A program made the translations under genes and the position numbers. 64,000 nt of DNA from an uncultured Alphaproteobacteria bacterium (lineage in GTDB: Bacteria; Pseudomonadota; Alphaproteobacteria; Acetobacterales; Acetobacteraceae): positions 23,536 to 87,535 of the forward strand of contig CAWIVZ010000009.1 in the NCBI GenBank assembly GCA_963839645.1. The letters are read 5' to 3'. Of this stretch, positions 38,406 to 49,394 are shown piece by piece (position 1 is the stretch's first letter; every line of letters starts with the position of its first letter). The notes beneath the pieces were generated by a model that saw only the letters and a program-made list of their open reading frames with translations, had not been told where the DNA came from and made no database searches.

Positions 38406-39093
38406 TCGGGCTCTCCGTCAATTCCCAGCACTTCCCAGCCCGGCAATCCGCGCCCACCAGGCCCGAACCCGCTCGCACACGGCCGCATGCACCGCGGGGT
38501 CGCGCACCACACCCTTGCTGCCGACCAGTTCCCGCCCCGCCTCGAATTGCGGCTTTATCAATGCCACCGCCCAGGCGCCGGAGGCGCACAGCGCCAGCGG
38601 CGCCGGCAGCAGGGTGGCCAGGCCGATGAAGCTGGCATCGCAGACCAGGGCACCGATCGGATCGGGGATCTCCGCCGCGGTCAGGTGCCGGGCATTGGTC
38701 CTTTCGTGCACGACGACGCGCGGATCGCTGCGCAGCTTCCAGGCCAGTTGGCCGTGCCCCACATCCACCGCATGCACCTTGGCCGCGCCGTGCGCCAGCA
38801 GCACGTCGGTGAAGCCACCGGTCGACGCGCCGATATCGAGGCAGATCCGTCCCTCGGGCGACAGGCGAGAATGCCTTGAGCGCGTGCTCCAGCTTCAGGC
38901 CGCCGCGCGATACCCAGGGGTGGTCCTGGCCACGCACCTCCAGCGGCGCGTCCTCGGCCATGGGATCGCCGGCCTTCTGCACGCGCCGCTCCCCGCTGAA
39001 GATTTTTCCCGCAAGAATAAGGGCCTGGGCGCGTGTCCGGCTTTCCACCAACCCACGATCGACCAGCAACTGGTCCGCCCGGCGCTTCGCCAT
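38347..39093 (-). pseudogene. tlyA: TlyA family rRNA (cytidine-2'-O)-methyltransferase, three frameshifts
   Basis: ORFs 38347..39093 and 38418..38804. The S4 domain is MAKRRADQLLVDRGLVESRTRAQALILAGKI...[12 protein letters not shown]. The path then runs / [45 protein letters not shown]...VRAWWA / LPGWEVLG (third frame, about 38425-38450) / [24 protein letters not shown]. Confidence 0.85.
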
Positions 39094-41070
39094 TCAGGCG
39101 CGCGCGGCGCCCAGCGTGCCGCCCGCCGCGATCCCGAGCGCCGAGACCGCCGTCTGCACGATATCCTTAGCGGTCAGCCCGGCCTGGATCAGCTGCTTTG
39201 CCTGGCTGTCATGGTCGATGAACACGTCCGGCAGCGTCATCGGGCGGATTTTCAGGCCGTTGTCCAGCAGACCCTTCCACGCCAGATGCTGCATCACCGA
39301 CGACCCGAAGCCGCCCGAGGAACCCTCCTCGATGGTGATCAGAACCTCATGGTGCCGGGCCAGCTGCTCGACCAGCGCCGTATCCAGCGGCTTGGCGAAG
39401 CGGGCGTCGGCGACCGTGGCCGACAGGCCGCGCGCCGCCAGTTCGTCCGCCGCCCGCAGCGCATCCGCCAGCCGCGTGCCCAGCGACAGGATCGCCACGC
39501 TGGCGCCCTCGCGCAGCATCCGGCCCTTGCCCAGTTGCAGGATCTCGCCGCGCGCCGGCAGCGCGATCCCGGTGCTCTCGCCGCGCGGATAGCGCAGCGC
39601 GCTCGGCCGGTCGTCGATCGAGGCCGCGGTCGCCACCATGTGCACCAGCTCCGCCTCGTCCGACGGCGCCATCAGCACCAGGCCGGGCAGGCAGCTCAGA
39701 TAGGCGATGTCGAAGCTGCCGGCATGCGTCGCGCCGTCATTGCCCACCAGTCCCGCCCGGTCCATCGCGAAGCGCACCGGCAGGCCCTGGATCGCCACGT
39801 CATGCACCAGCTGGTCGTAGCCGCGCTGCAGGAACGTCGAGTAGATCGCGCAGAACGGCTTTATCCCCTCCGTCGCCAGCCCCGCCGCGAACGTCACCGC
39901 GTGCTGCTCGGCGATGCCGACGTCGAAGGTGCGGTCGGGGAAAACCTTGGCGAACCGGTCCAGGCCCGTGCCGGATGGCATCGCCGCGGTGATCGCCACG
40001 ATGGCCGGGTCGCGTCTGGCTTCCTCGATCAGCGCGTCGGCGAACACGGTCTGGTAGTTCGGCGGGCCGGGCGGCGCCTTCACCTGCTCGCCGGTGACCA
40101 CGTTGAACTTCGACACGCTGTGCAGCTTGTCGGCCGAGGCCTCCGCCTGCGCGTAGCCCTTGCCCTTCTGGGTGATCACATGCACCAGGATCGGACCGGT
40201 ATCGTCGGCCTCGCGCACATTGCGCAGCACCGGCAGCAGGTGATCGAGGTTATGCCCGTCGATCGGGCCGACGTAGTAGAAGCCAAGCTCCTCGAACAGC
40301 GTGCCGCCGGTCAGCATGCCGCGGGCGTATTCCTCGGCGCGCAGCGCGGTGCGCTCGATCCCGCGCGGGAAGCGTTTGGCGACCTTCACCGCCAGGTCCC
40401 GCAGCCCAAGGAAGCTGCGCGAGGACATCAGCCGCGACAGATAGGCGCTCATCGCGCCCACCGGCGGGGCGATCGACATGTCGTTGTCGTTCAGCACCAC
40501 GATCAGCCGCGAGCGCAGCGCGCCGGCGTTGTTCATCGCCTCATAGGCCATGCCCGCGCTCATCGAGCCGTCGCCGATCACCGCGATCACGTTGCGATCG
40601 TCGGGGGCCAGATTTTGCCGATCCCGCTCGGCAGGGCTCGCCGCCGCGTGGCGCGCCGTCTTCAGGTCCCGCGCCACCGCCATGCCCAGCCCCGCCGAGA
40701 TCGAGGTCGAGGAATGGGCGGCGCCGAACGGGTCGTACTCGCTCTCCGAACGGCGGGTGAAGCCGGACAGCCCGCCGCCCTGGCGCAGGGTGCGGATGCG
40801 GTCCCGCCGGCCGGTCAGGATCTTGTGCGGATAGGCCTGATGCCCGACGTCCCAGATCAGCCGGTCCTTCGGCGTGTCGAACACCGCATGGATCGCCACC
40901 GTCAGTTCCACCACGCCCAGCGCCGAGCCCAGATGCCCGCCAGTGACCGAAACCGCGTCGATCGTCTCCGCCCGAAGCTCGTCGGCAACCTGCCGAAGCT
41001 GCTCGGGAGAGAAATTGCGCAAATCCGCGGGAATGCGCACATGGTCGAGAAGAGGGGTCTGCGGGGGCAT
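39094..41070 (-). CDS. dxs: 1-deoxy-D-xylulose-5-phosphate synthase
   Basis: ORF 39094..41070. Contains [33 protein letters not shown], and [15 protein letters not shown]. Intact at 658 aa. Confidence 0.95.
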   Translation of the reverse strand: MPPQTPLLDHVRIPADLRNFSPEQLRQVADELRAETIDAVSVTGGHLGSALGVVELTVAIHAVFDTPKDRLIWDVGHQAYPHKILTGRRDRIRTLRQGGGLSGFTRRSESEYDPFGAAHSSTSISAGLGMAVARDLKTARHAAASPAERDRQNLAPDDRNVIAVIGDGSMSAGMAYEAMNNAGALRSRLIVVLNDNDMSIAPPVGAMSAYLSRLMSSRSFLGLRDLAVKVAKRFPRGIERTALRAEEYARGMLTGGTLFEELGFYYVGPIDGHNLDHLLPVLRNVREADDTGPILVHVITQKGKGYAQAEASADKLHSVSKFNVVTGEQVKAPPGPPNYQTVFADALIEEARRDPAIVAITAAMPSGTGLDRFAKVFPDRTFDVGIAEQHAVTFAAGLATEGIKPFCAIYSTFLQRGYDQLVHDVAIQGLPVRFAMDRAGLVGNDGATHAGSFDIAYLSCLPGLVLMAPSDEAELVHMVATAASIDDRPSALRYPRGESTGIALPARGEILQLGKGRMLREGASVAILSLGTRLADALRAADELAARGLSATVADARFAKPLDTALVEQLARHHEVLITIEEGSSGGFGSSVMQHLAWKGLLDNGLKIRPMTLPDVFIDHDSQAKQLIQAGLTAKDIVQTAVSALGIAAGGTLGAARA

Positions 41071-41073
41071 CGG

Positions 41074-41328
41074 TCAATCCGCCTTTCGCGTCGAGATCGA
41101 GCCGTCCTCATGCTCCACGATGGCCGCAACTCGGGCCTCGGCCTCCGCCAACTTGGCCTCGCAATGCCGGCGCAGGGCCGCGCCGCGCTCATAGGCGCCG
41201 ATGGCGTCCTCCAGCTTCTGCTGGCCGCCCTCCAGGCCCCGCACGATCTGATCCAGCTCCGCCAGCGCGTCCTCGAAGGACAGCGACGCAACCTCTACCG
41301 CTTTGGCCGGCCGTTTTGCGTCCGACAT
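41074..41328 (-). CDS. xseB: exodeoxyribonuclease VII small subunit
   Basis: These are the last 84 codons of ORF 41074..41802, starting at ATG 41328. Contains SFEDALAELDQIVRGLEGGQQKLEDAIGAYERGAALRRHCEAKLAEAEARV. Confidence 0.85.
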   Translation of the reverse strand: MSDAKRPAKAVEVASLSFEDALAELDQIVRGLEGGQQKLEDAIGAYERGAALRRHCEAKLAEAEARVAAIVEHEDGSISTRKAD

Positions 41329-41432
41329 GCCAATTCCCCGTCCAATATCCGCCTGATTTGGTAGCCTGTTTCGCGCGGACAAGCCAAGTACCGCGACGTT
41401 GCGTGGATCCGCCGAGGCGGGTCCGGCGTGGC

Positions 41433-42368
41433 CTACCCCGCCCGCATCAGGCTTCGCACATGCGCCGCCACCGCTGCCGCCAGGGCCTGCAGGTCGTAGC
41501 CGCCCTCCAGCACCGACACCAGACGCCCGCCCGCGCAGCGATCCGCCACGTCGACCAGCTGGTCGGTGATCCAGGCGAAATCCGCCGTTTCCAGCCGCAA
41601 CTCGGCAAGTGGGTCGGCCTTGTGCGCATCGAACCCGGCCGAGACGATCACCAGTTCCGGGTCGAACCGCTCCAGCGCCGGCAGGATGACATCCGCCCAG
41701 CCCGCCCGGAACTCCGCGCTGCCCGATCCCGGCTTCAGGCCGACATTGACGATATTGTCCGCCACGCCGCGCTCCCAGGCATGTCCAGTGCCGGGATAGC
41801 ACGGATCCTGGTGGCTGGAGCCGTAGAACAGCCCGGGCTGCTCGGCGAACATCGCCTGGGTGCCGTTGCCGTGATGCACGTCGAAATCCAGCACCGCGAC
41901 CCGCTTCAGCCCCCAGACCGCCCGCGCATGGGCGGCGGCGATGGCGGCGTTGTTGAACAGGCAGAAGCCCATCGGGCGCGACGGCTCGGCGTGATGCCCG
42001 GGCGGGCGGACCGCGGCGAAGGCCGTGCGAACCGCCTTGCCCATGACCAGGTCCACCGCCAGAATCGCTCCGCCGGCGGCGCGCAAGGCGGCATCGGCGC
42101 TGCCCGCGCTCATGGAGGTGTCGCCATCGAGCTGCAGCCGGTCACCCGGTTCCGGACGGATCGCCAGGATGGCCTTCACATAGGGTTCGGGATGTACCCG
42201 GGCGATCTGCTCGACCGTCGCCAGCGGCGCCTGCTCACGCAGCAGCGGGGCGAACATCTCCTGCTCCAGCCCGGCCAGCACCGCGCGCAGCCGGGCCGGA
42301 CATTCCGGATGGCCGCGTCCCATGTCGTGATCCAGGCAATCCAGATGGGTGACCAGGGCCGTGGTCAT
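41433..42368 (-). CDS. histone deacetylase family protein (HDAC-like amidohydrolase)
   Basis: ORF 41433..42368. Contains [31 protein letters not shown], and EGGY. Confidence 0.85.
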   Translation of the reverse strand: MTTALVTHLDCLDHDMGRGHPECPARLRAVLAGLEQEMFAPLLREQAPLATVEQIARVHPEPYVKAILAIRPEPGDRLQLDGDTSMSAGSADAALRAAGGAILAVDLVMGKAVRTAFAAVRPPGHHAEPSRPMGFCLFNNAAIAAAHARAVWGLKRVAVLDFDVHHGNGTQAMFAEQPGLFYGSSHQDPCYPGTGHAWERGVADNIVNVGLKPGSGSAEFRAGWADVILPALERFDPELVIVSAGFDAHKADPLAELRLETADFAWITDQLVDVADRCAGGRLVSVLEGGYDLQALAAAVAAHVRSLMRAG

Positions 42369-42369
42369 G

Positions 42370-42669
42370 TCAGGCCTCGCCTGCCTTGCCCCCGGACGAT
42401 TGGATCTCCGGCGCTTGAGCCTCCGCCGGCTTATCCTCCGCGCGGCGGCGGATCACGAAGCTGAGCACGCCGCCCTCGTCGCTGAACGCCAGCAGGGCAT
42501 GGCCGGTTTCCCGGCAGAAGGCCCGGAAATCGGCCACCGACGCGCGATCCGTGGCCAGCACGCGCAGCCGCTCGCCCGGCGCCATCACGCGCAGCGCCTT
42601 GTTGGCCCGCAATACCGGCAATGGGCAGTTCATGCCCTTCACGTCCAGGACGGTTTCACTCATCGTCAT
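42370..42669 (-). CDS. sulfurtransferase TusA family protein
   Basis: ORF 42370..42702. ATG 42669 has GGAG 12 nt upstream. Contains the active-site motif GMNCPLPVL. Confidence 0.8.
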   Translation of the reverse strand: MTMSETVLDVKGMNCPLPVLRANKALRVMAPGERLRVLATDRASVADFRAFCRETGHALLAFSDEGGVLSFVIRRRAEDKPAEAQAPEIQSSGGKAGEA

Positions 42670-42742
42670 ATTGTGGTGCGGCTCCGGTTCCGGAGCAAGC
42701 ATACGCCTTGAGCAACTGGGCCGCTAAAGCCATGCTGGCGCG

Positions 42743-43646
42743 ATGACGCCAGCATCGCATCGGCATCGACCTCGGCGGAACGAAGATCGAGATCGGCGTG
42801 CTTGGCCCGGACGGAGCGCTGGTGCTGCGCCAGCGCATCGCCACGCCACACGGCTATCCGGCGGTTCTGCGGGCGATCGCCAGCCTGGTGCACGACGCGG
42901 AACGGGAACTCGGCGTGACGGCGAGCGTGGGTATCGGCATCCCCGGCGTCATCAGCCCGGCGACCGGATTGGTGAAGAACGCCAATTCCAACGCATTGAA
43001 CGGCCATCCCCTGGATACCGACCTGGCCGAATGTCTGTCGCGCGAGATACGCGTGGAGAACGACGCCAACTGCTTCGCCCTGTCGGAAGCCACCGACGGC
43101 GCCGGCGCCGGCCACCGGGTCGTGTTCGGCGTGATCCTCGGCACCGGCTGCGGCGGCGGCATCGTTGTGGACGGCCGTCTCATCCAGGGCCGGCAGCGCA
43201 TCGCCGGCGAATGGGGCCACATCCCCCTGCCCTGGCCGAGCCTCGAGGAGGTGCCCGGCCTGCCTTGCTGGTGCGGCCGGCACGGCTGTCTGGAAACCGT
43301 CCTGTCCGGTCCCGGCCTGGCGCGCGACTGCGACGGTCCCGGCGTATCGGACGCCCACAGTATTCCCGCGCGCGCCGCCGCCGGCGAGCACCGGGCCCAG
43401 GAAGCCCTGGACCGCCACGCCGACCGCCTCGCCCGCGGGCTGGCCGTGATCATCAACGTTCTGGACCCCGACGCGATCGTGCTCGGCGGCGGGCTGTCGA
43501 ACATGGTGCATCTCTACACCGCGGTCCCGCCGCGGCTGTCGACCTATGTGTTCACCGATGTCTGCGACACCCCGGTGCTGCAGAACCGGCACGGCGATTC
43601 CTCCGGTGTGCGCGGCGCTGCCTGGCTCTGGCCGGCGGAGGGCTAG
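42743..43646 (+). pseudogene. ROK family sugar kinase (N-acetylglucosamine kinase-like), frameshift in codons 4-5
   Basis: ORF 42798..43646 lacks the ATP-binding N-terminus. Frame 0 upstream reads RIGIDLGGTKIEIGV with no start codon after the stop at 42744. ATG 42743 (MTPA) joins it if one base near 42754 is removed. The Zn motif is GHIPL...CWCGRHGCLE. Confidence 0.75.
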
Positions 43647-43648
43647 TC

Positions 43649-44899
43649 ATGGCCGCGCTGTGTCGCGATTGCGGAACGGTGCCGGCCGACGAGGCCAGAA
43701 GCTGCCCGGCCTGCGGGGGGATGCGGATCGTCCGCCACCCTGAACTGTTCGCCCTCGCCATCGCGCATGTCGATTGTGACGCCTTCTACGCCAGCGTGGA
43801 AAAGCGCGACCGGCCGGAACTGGCGGGGCGGCCGGTGATCGTCGGCGGCGGCACCCGCGGCGTGGTCTCGGCCGCCTGCTACATCGCCCGGATGCACGGC
43901 GTGCGCAGCGCCATGCCGATGTTCAAGGCGCTCGCCGCCTGCCCGGACGCGGTGGTCATCCCACCGGATTTCGGCAAATACACCGAGGCGGCCCGCGCCA
44001 TTCGCGCCCTGATGGCCGGCCTCACGCCGCTGGTGCAGCCGCTGTCGATCGACGAGGCCGTCCTGGACCTGTCCGGCACGCAGGCGCTGCACGACGCCCC
44101 GCCTGCGGCGGTGCTGGCCCGCTTCGCGAGCGCGGTCGAAACCGAAATCGGCGTCACCATCTCGGTCGGGCTGGCGCCGAACCGGCTCCTGGCCAAGATC
44201 GCCGCCGGCCGCGACAAGCCGCGCGGCTTCGCGGTAATCGGCGCCGAGGCCCGCGCCCTGCTGGCGCCCGAGCCGGTGCGGCTGCTGCCCGGCATCGGCC
44301 CGACGATGGCGCGCAAGCTGGCGGCACGGGGGATCACCCGGCTCGGCCACCTGCAGGCGCTGGACGACCGCAGCGCCTTCAGGCTGTTCGGCGAGGACGG
44401 CCCGGGGATGGCGGCGCGCGCCCGGGGCGAGGATATCCGCCGGGTCGATCCCACCCGGGAAACCAAGTCGATCAGCGCCGAGACCACGTTCGACACCGAT
44501 CTGCGCTCCATCCACGAGCTGGAACGGCATTTGTGGCGCCTGTCGGAAAAGCTTGCCAGACGGCTGAAAGAGAAAGATTTTTCCGCCGGCGGCGTGGTGC
44601 TGAAGCTAAAAACGGCGGATTTCGCTCAGCGCACCCGCGCCGCCCGGCTGCCCGGTGCGACGGCGCTGCCGGACCGGCTCTACGACGCCGCCCGGGGATT
44701 GCTGGCAAAGGAAGCGGACGGCACCGCCTTCCGCCTCATCGGCATCGGCGCCAGCCCCTTGATGCCCAGCGCGGACGCCGATCTCGGCGACCTCGCGGAC
44801 ACCGAAACCCCGCGCCTGGCGGCAACGCAGAACGCCATCGACACGCTGCGCGCCCGCTTCGGCGACAGCGTGATCCGCAAGGGTCGGTCACTACGATGA
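43649..44899 (+). CDS. dinB: DNA polymerase IV with an N-terminal CxxC-x13-CxxC zinc-ribbon extension
   Basis: This is the C-terminal part of ORF 42743..44899, starting at ATG 43649. Contains CRDCG...CPACGG, then IAHVDCDAFYASVEKRD, SIDEAVLD, and the little-finger region. Confidence 0.9.
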   Translation: MAALCRDCGTVPADEARSCPACGGMRIVRHPELFALAIAHVDCDAFYASVEKRDRPELAGRPVIVGGGTRGVVSAACYIARMHGVRSAMPMFKALAACPDAVVIPPDFGKYTEAARAIRALMAGLTPLVQPLSIDEAVLDLSGTQALHDAPPAAVLARFASAVETEIGVTISVGLAPNRLLAKIAAGRDKPRGFAVIGAEARALLAPEPVRLLPGIGPTMARKLAARGITRLGHLQALDDRSAFRLFGEDGPGMAARARGEDIRRVDPTRETKSISAETTFDTDLRSIHELERHLWRLSEKLARRLKEKDFSAGGVVLKLKTADFAQRTRAARLPGATALPDRLYDAARGLLAKEADGTAFRLIGIGASPLMPSADADLGDLADTETPRLAATQNAIDTLRARFGDSVIRKGRSLR

Positions 44900-45781
44900 T
44901 CAGGCGGCGGGTGCACCGCCCCAGGCCCACCATCCCGGACGCGCCAGCTTCCGGGCGGCCTCCGCCGCCGCCCGCGCGTCATCGAACAGACCAAAGCAGG
45001 TCGCGCCCGATCCGCTCATCCGCGCCAGCCGGCAGCCGGGTATCGACGCTATGGCGGCAATCACGTCCGCGATCACCGGGCACAGGGCGATGGCCGGGGC
45101 CTCCAGATCGTTGCCCAGGCCGGACAGTCCGGCCGCCATGCCGGCGGCATCGTGCCAGCGCTCCGGCAGGACGGCCTCCGGTGAAAACCCGCCGTTCCTG
45201 GCGCGAAACACCGCCACCGTGGACACCGCCACCCCGGGATTGACCAGCAGCAGCCCGTAGGGCGGCAATCGCGGCGCCGGGTCCAGCAATTCGCCGATGC
45301 CCCGCATGCGGGCCGGCCGGCCGGCCAGGCAGACCGGCACATCCGCCCCGAGCGACACCGCGATCCGTGCCAATGCTGCGGGCGGCGGCGCCAGGTTCCA
45401 GGCCCGGCACAGCAGCCGCAGGGCCGCGGCCGCGTCGGCCGATCCGCCGCCGATGCCGGAGGCGACCGGCAAATGCTTTTCCAGGGTGAGCCGCGCGCGC
45501 GGCTCGATGCCGGCCAGTTCCGCCAGGGCCCGGGCGGCCCGCAGCACCAGGTTATCGGGTTCGGCCGCCAGCGCCCCACCGAACGGCCCCGCCAGGGAGA
45601 GCGACAAATCGTCCGCCGCCTGAACGGATAACCGGTCGCCAATGCCGGCAAACACCGCGAGGCTGTCAAGTCGGTGGTAGCCGTCCTCGCGTTTGCCGAC
45701 CACGCGCAGATACAGATTGACCTTCGCCCGCCCCTCCTCCGAGGCCTGGGCTTCGAGGGCCGAAGCCATCTGGATCGCCAT
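44900..45781 (-). CDS. ispE: 4-(cytidine 5'-diphospho)-2-C-methyl-D-erythritol kinase
   Basis: Within ORF 44900..46231, starting at ATG 45781 (ATG 45769 is an alternative). Contains [17 protein letters not shown], the GHMP motif [16 protein letters not shown], and SGSGATCFG. Confidence 0.9.
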   Translation of the reverse strand: MAIQMASALEAQASEEGRAKVNLYLRVVGKREDGYHRLDSLAVFAGIGDRLSVQAADDLSLSLAGPFGGALAAEPDNLVLRAARALAELAGIEPRARLTLEKHLPVASGIGGGSADAAAALRLLCRAWNLAPPPAALARIAVSLGADVPVCLAGRPARMRGIGELLDPAPRLPPYGLLLVNPGVAVSTVAVFRARNGGFSPEAVLPERWHDAAGMAAGLSGLGNDLEAPAIALCPVIADVIAAIASIPGCRLARMSGSGATCFGLFDDARAAAEAARKLARPGWWAWGGAPAA

Positions 45782-45789
45782 TGCCGCGC

Positions 45790-47496
45790 TCAGGGCTTGC
45801 GGGGCGGCGGGGTCAGCTGCTCGCTGTCCACATCGCGCAGCCTGGCCTCCAGCCGCGCCTTCTCCTCCGGCTCCGGATTGAGCGTCAGCGCCCGGCGCCA
45901 CTGGAACACAGCCTCCAGCCGGCGTCCGACCGCCCAATACGCCTCGCCCAGATGGCTGTTGATGGTCGGATCCTCCGGCTGCAGGTTCACCGCCTGCTCC
46001 AGCAGCACCTCTGCGTCGTCCGCGTGGCCCTGGCGGAACATCACCCAGCCGAGGCTGTCGATGATCGCCGGATCCTTCGGCTCCTGCTGGATCGCCCGCT
46101 CGATCATTCGCCGCGCCTCGGGCAGGTTGATGCCCTGATCGGCCCAGGAATAGCCGAGATAGTTCAGCACCGCCGGCTGGTCGGGCGCGAGTTCCAGCGC
46201 GCGCTTCAGGTCGGCCTCCGCCAGCGGCCATTGATGCGCCTGTTCATGCGCGACGCCGCGCGAAAAGAACAGCGGCCAGGCCGAGCGGCGCGGCGCGGCC
46301 AGCTTCGAAATGGCCTTGTCATACGCGGCGACCGCATCGGCGGGGCGTTTTTCGTTGCGCAGCATGTCGCCTTTCTGCACATCGGGCAGCGGGGAAGCCG
46401 GAAAGTCTCGCGACAAGGCATCGAGCTCTCGGAGCGCGATGTCGGTCTGTCCGAGCCGGTCGTGCAGACGGGCACGCTGCAGCCGCACCATCGGGTTCAG
46501 TGGATCGCTGGCAGCGACCGGCGCCAGCGCCTGCAGGGCCTGCGTAGGGTGCTTGGTCGCGACATCGATCTCAGCCACGAGGATCCGCGCCTCGGTGAAC
46601 TCGGGGCGAAGGTCCAGCGCAAGGCGCAGCATGATCAGGGCGAAGTCGTTGGCGTTCTGCTGGCGAAGGGCCGAGGCCAGCGCCAGATAGGCGTCTGCGA
46701 TACCCTGCAGCGGGGTTGCCACGGTCCGGGCGGTGGCATCCGCGGTCAAACCCGGGACCACCAGCGCCATCTCGTCCTGGCCGTCCGTCAGTTCCGACAG
46801 AAACTCCTTGGCCTTGTCCGGCCGCCCCTGGCGGGCTTCCCAACTGGCCATGATCTGCTCCAAGCGCAGATTGTTCGGCGCGAACAGGGTGCGCGCCTGC
46901 TTGTAGAACCGCTCGGCGTCATTGGTACGGCCGGCCTGATCGGCGATCAGGGCCATGTGCAGAACGTAGATGCCACGGAAGGTCTTGCCCTCGGCGAACG
47001 GGCGCAGCGTCGCCAGCGCCTCGTCGGTCCGTCCGGCACCCTGCTCGCTCCAGGCAACCAGCAGCGGCTGCAGCAATTGCGTCAATCCCTGGCGGGGCAT
47101 GGCCAGGAAGCGTTGCCGCGCTTCGTCCCACCTGCCCGCGCTCGCATCCACGCCGGCCAGCAGATACTGCGCCTCCTGGTTGTTCGGCAGGCGCCGGGCG
47201 AGGGTTACCGCTTCCGGCCGCCCGCTGAGCAGGCTGGAGACGAAGGCGCCCTGCAGCAGTTCCGCGCTGTTGGGATCGCCTTGCAGAGCCCGCAGATAGG
47301 CCCCGGCCGCATGTTCCGAGTCGGCCTGCGCGGCGGCGAAGCGCGCGTCCAGATAGGCGCCGGCGACTCCGGCGTAACCGGGCTGCGCGGCATGAGTAGT
47401 CTGTCCGGGCGCCATCTCCTGGCGTGCTGCGGCGCAAGCGGGGATCAGGCCTAGACCCAGGAACAGGATGCGGCCGACGGTCGGTATTTTTGGCAT
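45790..47496 (-). CDS. tetratricopeptide repeat protein, exported
   Basis: ORF 45790..47496. The signal/lipobox-like N-terminus is [23 protein letters not shown]. Multiple TPR units are present. It sits in the conserved alphaproteobacterial position upstream of ispE. Confidence 0.8.
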   Translation of the reverse strand: MPKIPTVGRILFLGLGLIPACAAARQEMAPGQTTHAAQPGYAGVAGAYLDARFAAAQADSEHAAGAYLRALQGDPNSAELLQGAFVSSLLSGRPEAVTLARRLPNNQEAQYLLAGVDASAGRWDEARQRFLAMPRQGLTQLLQPLLVAWSEQGAGRTDEALATLRPFAEGKTFRGIYVLHMALIADQAGRTNDAERFYKQARTLFAPNNLRLEQIMASWEARQGRPDKAKEFLSELTDGQDEMALVVPGLTADATARTVATPLQGIADAYLALASALRQQNANDFALIMLRLALDLRPEFTEARILVAEIDVATKHPTQALQALAPVAASDPLNPMVRLQRARLHDRLGQTDIALRELDALSRDFPASPLPDVQKGDMLRNEKRPADAVAAYDKAISKLAAPRRSAWPLFFSRGVAHEQAHQWPLAEADLKRALELAPDQPAVLNYLGYSWADQGINLPEARRMIERAIQQEPKDPAIIDSLGWVMFRQGHADDAEVLLEQAVNLQPEDPTINSHLGEAYWAVGRRLEAVFQWRRALTLNPEPEEKARLEARLRDVDSEQLTPPPRKP

Positions 47497-47674
47497 GCGG
47501 AAATACTACAGCCGCTTCCCGGTCGCTGTCATGCGGCTTGCTGCGATAATCTTGTGCCGCCTGTTGCCGCGGTTGGCTTGCGACCCAAAGGGCGAATGAA
47601 ATGCAGCGCGGGGGAATGCAGGACCGGCACGCGGGTTGCCCCCGCACCGTGGATCGGGTATCCGCCCGCATCGC

Positions 47675-48586
47675 ATGAAACCGGTCCCGATGACCTCTTC
47701 CACTATCCCTCTACCCAATCCTGGCGTGAAGCCGCCGGATGAACTTAGTCTGGCCAAGCCGGATGCCGTGATGGCGTTCGACGCCGACATGTCCTTTGCG
47801 GCGCGCAACCGGCTGGCGATCGCCGATATCGTCGAGGGGTCCAAGCTGTGGCGCCTCGCCTGGATGCTTGGCTGGTTCGACATCCGGCTGCGCTACCGCG
47901 GCTCGATGCTCGGGCCGTTCTGGCTGACGCTGTCGACGGCGGTGCTGGTCGCCGCGCTGGGCGTGCTTTACTCGACGCTCTTCAAGATGTCGCTGCGCGA
48001 GTACCTGCCGTTCCTGGCGATTTCGCAGATCCTGTGGTCGTTCATCTCCACCACCGTCGCGGAAGGCTGCACCTGCTTCACAGCCGTGGATGCCGTGGTG
48101 CGCTCGGTCCGCATGCCCTTCGTGCTGCACGCCATGCGCTCGGTGGTCCGCAACGTGGCGGTCATGGCGCATAACCTTGTCGTCATCTTCGCCGTCTATG
48201 CCTATTTCGATATGTGGCCCGGCTGGGGAGTTCTCCTGACCCTCCCGGCAATGGTATTCTGGCTGGTCAACGCCCTGGCGATCACCGTGCTGCTGGGCGC
48301 GTTCTGCGCCCGCTTCCGCGATGTCGCGCCGATCGTCGGCAGCCTGATGCAGATCATGTTCTTCGTAAGCCCGGTGATCTGGAAACCCGAGCAACTCGGC
48401 CCTGAAGCGGCCTATCTGCCACTCAACCCGTTCTATTCGCTATTGGAGATCATGCGCGGCCCGATGCTTGGCACGGACCCCTCCGGAGTGACCTGGCTAT
48501 CCGCGTGCGTCTACACGCTGCTGCTTTGCGCCGGTACCTGGGCATTCTTCGTGCGCGCCCGTGGCCGCCTGGCCTTCTGGCTGTGA
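47675..48586 (+). CDS. ABC-2 type transporter permease (polysaccharide/O-antigen export, Wzm/KpsM-like)
   Basis: ORF 47636..48586. Contains IRLRYRGSMLGPFWLTLS and 6 TM segments. The start is uncertain: ATG 47675, 47690, 47771 and 47789 are all possible, and none has a good RBS. Confidence 0.75.
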   Translation: MKPVPMTSSTIPLPNPGVKPPDELSLAKPDAVMAFDADMSFAARNRLAIADIVEGSKLWRLAWMLGWFDIRLRYRGSMLGPFWLTLSTAVLVAALGVLYSTLFKMSLREYLPFLAISQILWSFISTTVAEGCTCFTAVDAVVRSVRMPFVLHAMRSVVRNVAVMAHNLVVIFAVYAYFDMWPGWGVLLTLPAMVFWLVNALAITVLLGAFCARFRDVAPIVGSLMQIMFFVSPVIWKPEQLGPEAAYLPLNPFYSLLEIMRGPMLGTDPSGVTWLSACVYTLLLCAGTWAFFVRARGRLAFWL

Positions 48587-48596
48587 GGCATTCGCC

Positions 48597-49379
48597 ATGA
48601 ACCCGCACGACAATGCCCGGATCGACGTGGAGAACATCTCGGTCTTTTTTCCGCTGTATCACGGCTCCAGCCGCAGCCTGAAGAAAACCGTCGTCGCGGC
48701 CGCCTCAGGGCGTGTGGCGCAGGACCAGTCGCACCGGATCGTCGTGCAGGCGCTGCGCGATCTGTCCTTCTCTCTGACCAGCGGCGACCGGCTCGGCCTG
48801 ATCGGCGCCAACGGCGCCGGCAAGACCACGCTGTTGCGCGTGCTGGCCGGCATCTACGAGCCGGTGATGGGCCGCATGCGGGTGCAGGGCAGCGTCAATG
48901 CCCTGCTGGACCCCAACCTGGGCATGAACATGGACCTCACGGGGCGGGAGAACATCCGCCTGCGCGGGCTGTACAACGGCCTCGGTGCCCCGGCCCTGCG
49001 CCGGCTGGAGGAGGACGTGCAGGAATTCGCCGAACTTGGCGATTTCATGGAACTGCCGGTGCGGATCTACAGCTCCGGCATGGTGGTCCGGCTGGGCTTC
49101 GCCCTGGCCACCGCGATCCGGCCGCAGATCCTGCTGATGGACGAATGGATCCTGGCCGGCGATGCCATCTTCATCGAGAAGGCGAGGGCGCGGCTGGAGG
49201 ACATGGTGCGCGGGGCCGAGATCCTGGTGCTGTCCAGCCACAGCACGAAAATCGTGCATTCCTGGTGCACGCGCGTGATGTGGATGAAGGAAGGCCAGGT
49301 GGTCGCCGACGGCCCGGCCCGGGAGGTGCTGGAAAGCTATCTGGGGCACCCGCTGCCGGAGCCGACCGAGGACGTCTGA
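48597..49379 (+). CDS. ABC transporter ATP-binding protein (polysaccharide export, Wzt/KpsT/TagH-like)
   Basis: ORF 48561..49379 with ATG at 48597. Contains Walker A GANGAGKTT, the signature YSSGMVVRLGFA, and Walker B ILLMDE. Confidence 0.85.
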   Translation: MNPHDNARIDVENISVFFPLYHGSSRSLKKTVVAAASGRVAQDQSHRIVVQALRDLSFSLTSGDRLGLIGANGAGKTTLLRVLAGIYEPVMGRMRVQGSVNALLDPNLGMNMDLTGRENIRLRGLYNGLGAPALRRLEEDVQEFAELGDFMELPVRIYSSGMVVRLGFALATAIRPQILLMDEWILAGDAIFIEKARARLEDMVRGAEILVLSSHSTKIVHSWCTRVMWMKEGQVVADGPAREVLESYLGHPLPEPTEDV

Positions 49380-49394
49380 TCCGACGCGCCGCGG

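Noticed and set aside
43649-43740. N-terminal CxxC-x13-CxxC extension on DinB as a novel fusion.
   Set aside because: From memory, this zinc-ribbon extension is common in alphaproteobacterial DNA polymerase IV proteins. It is not unusual.
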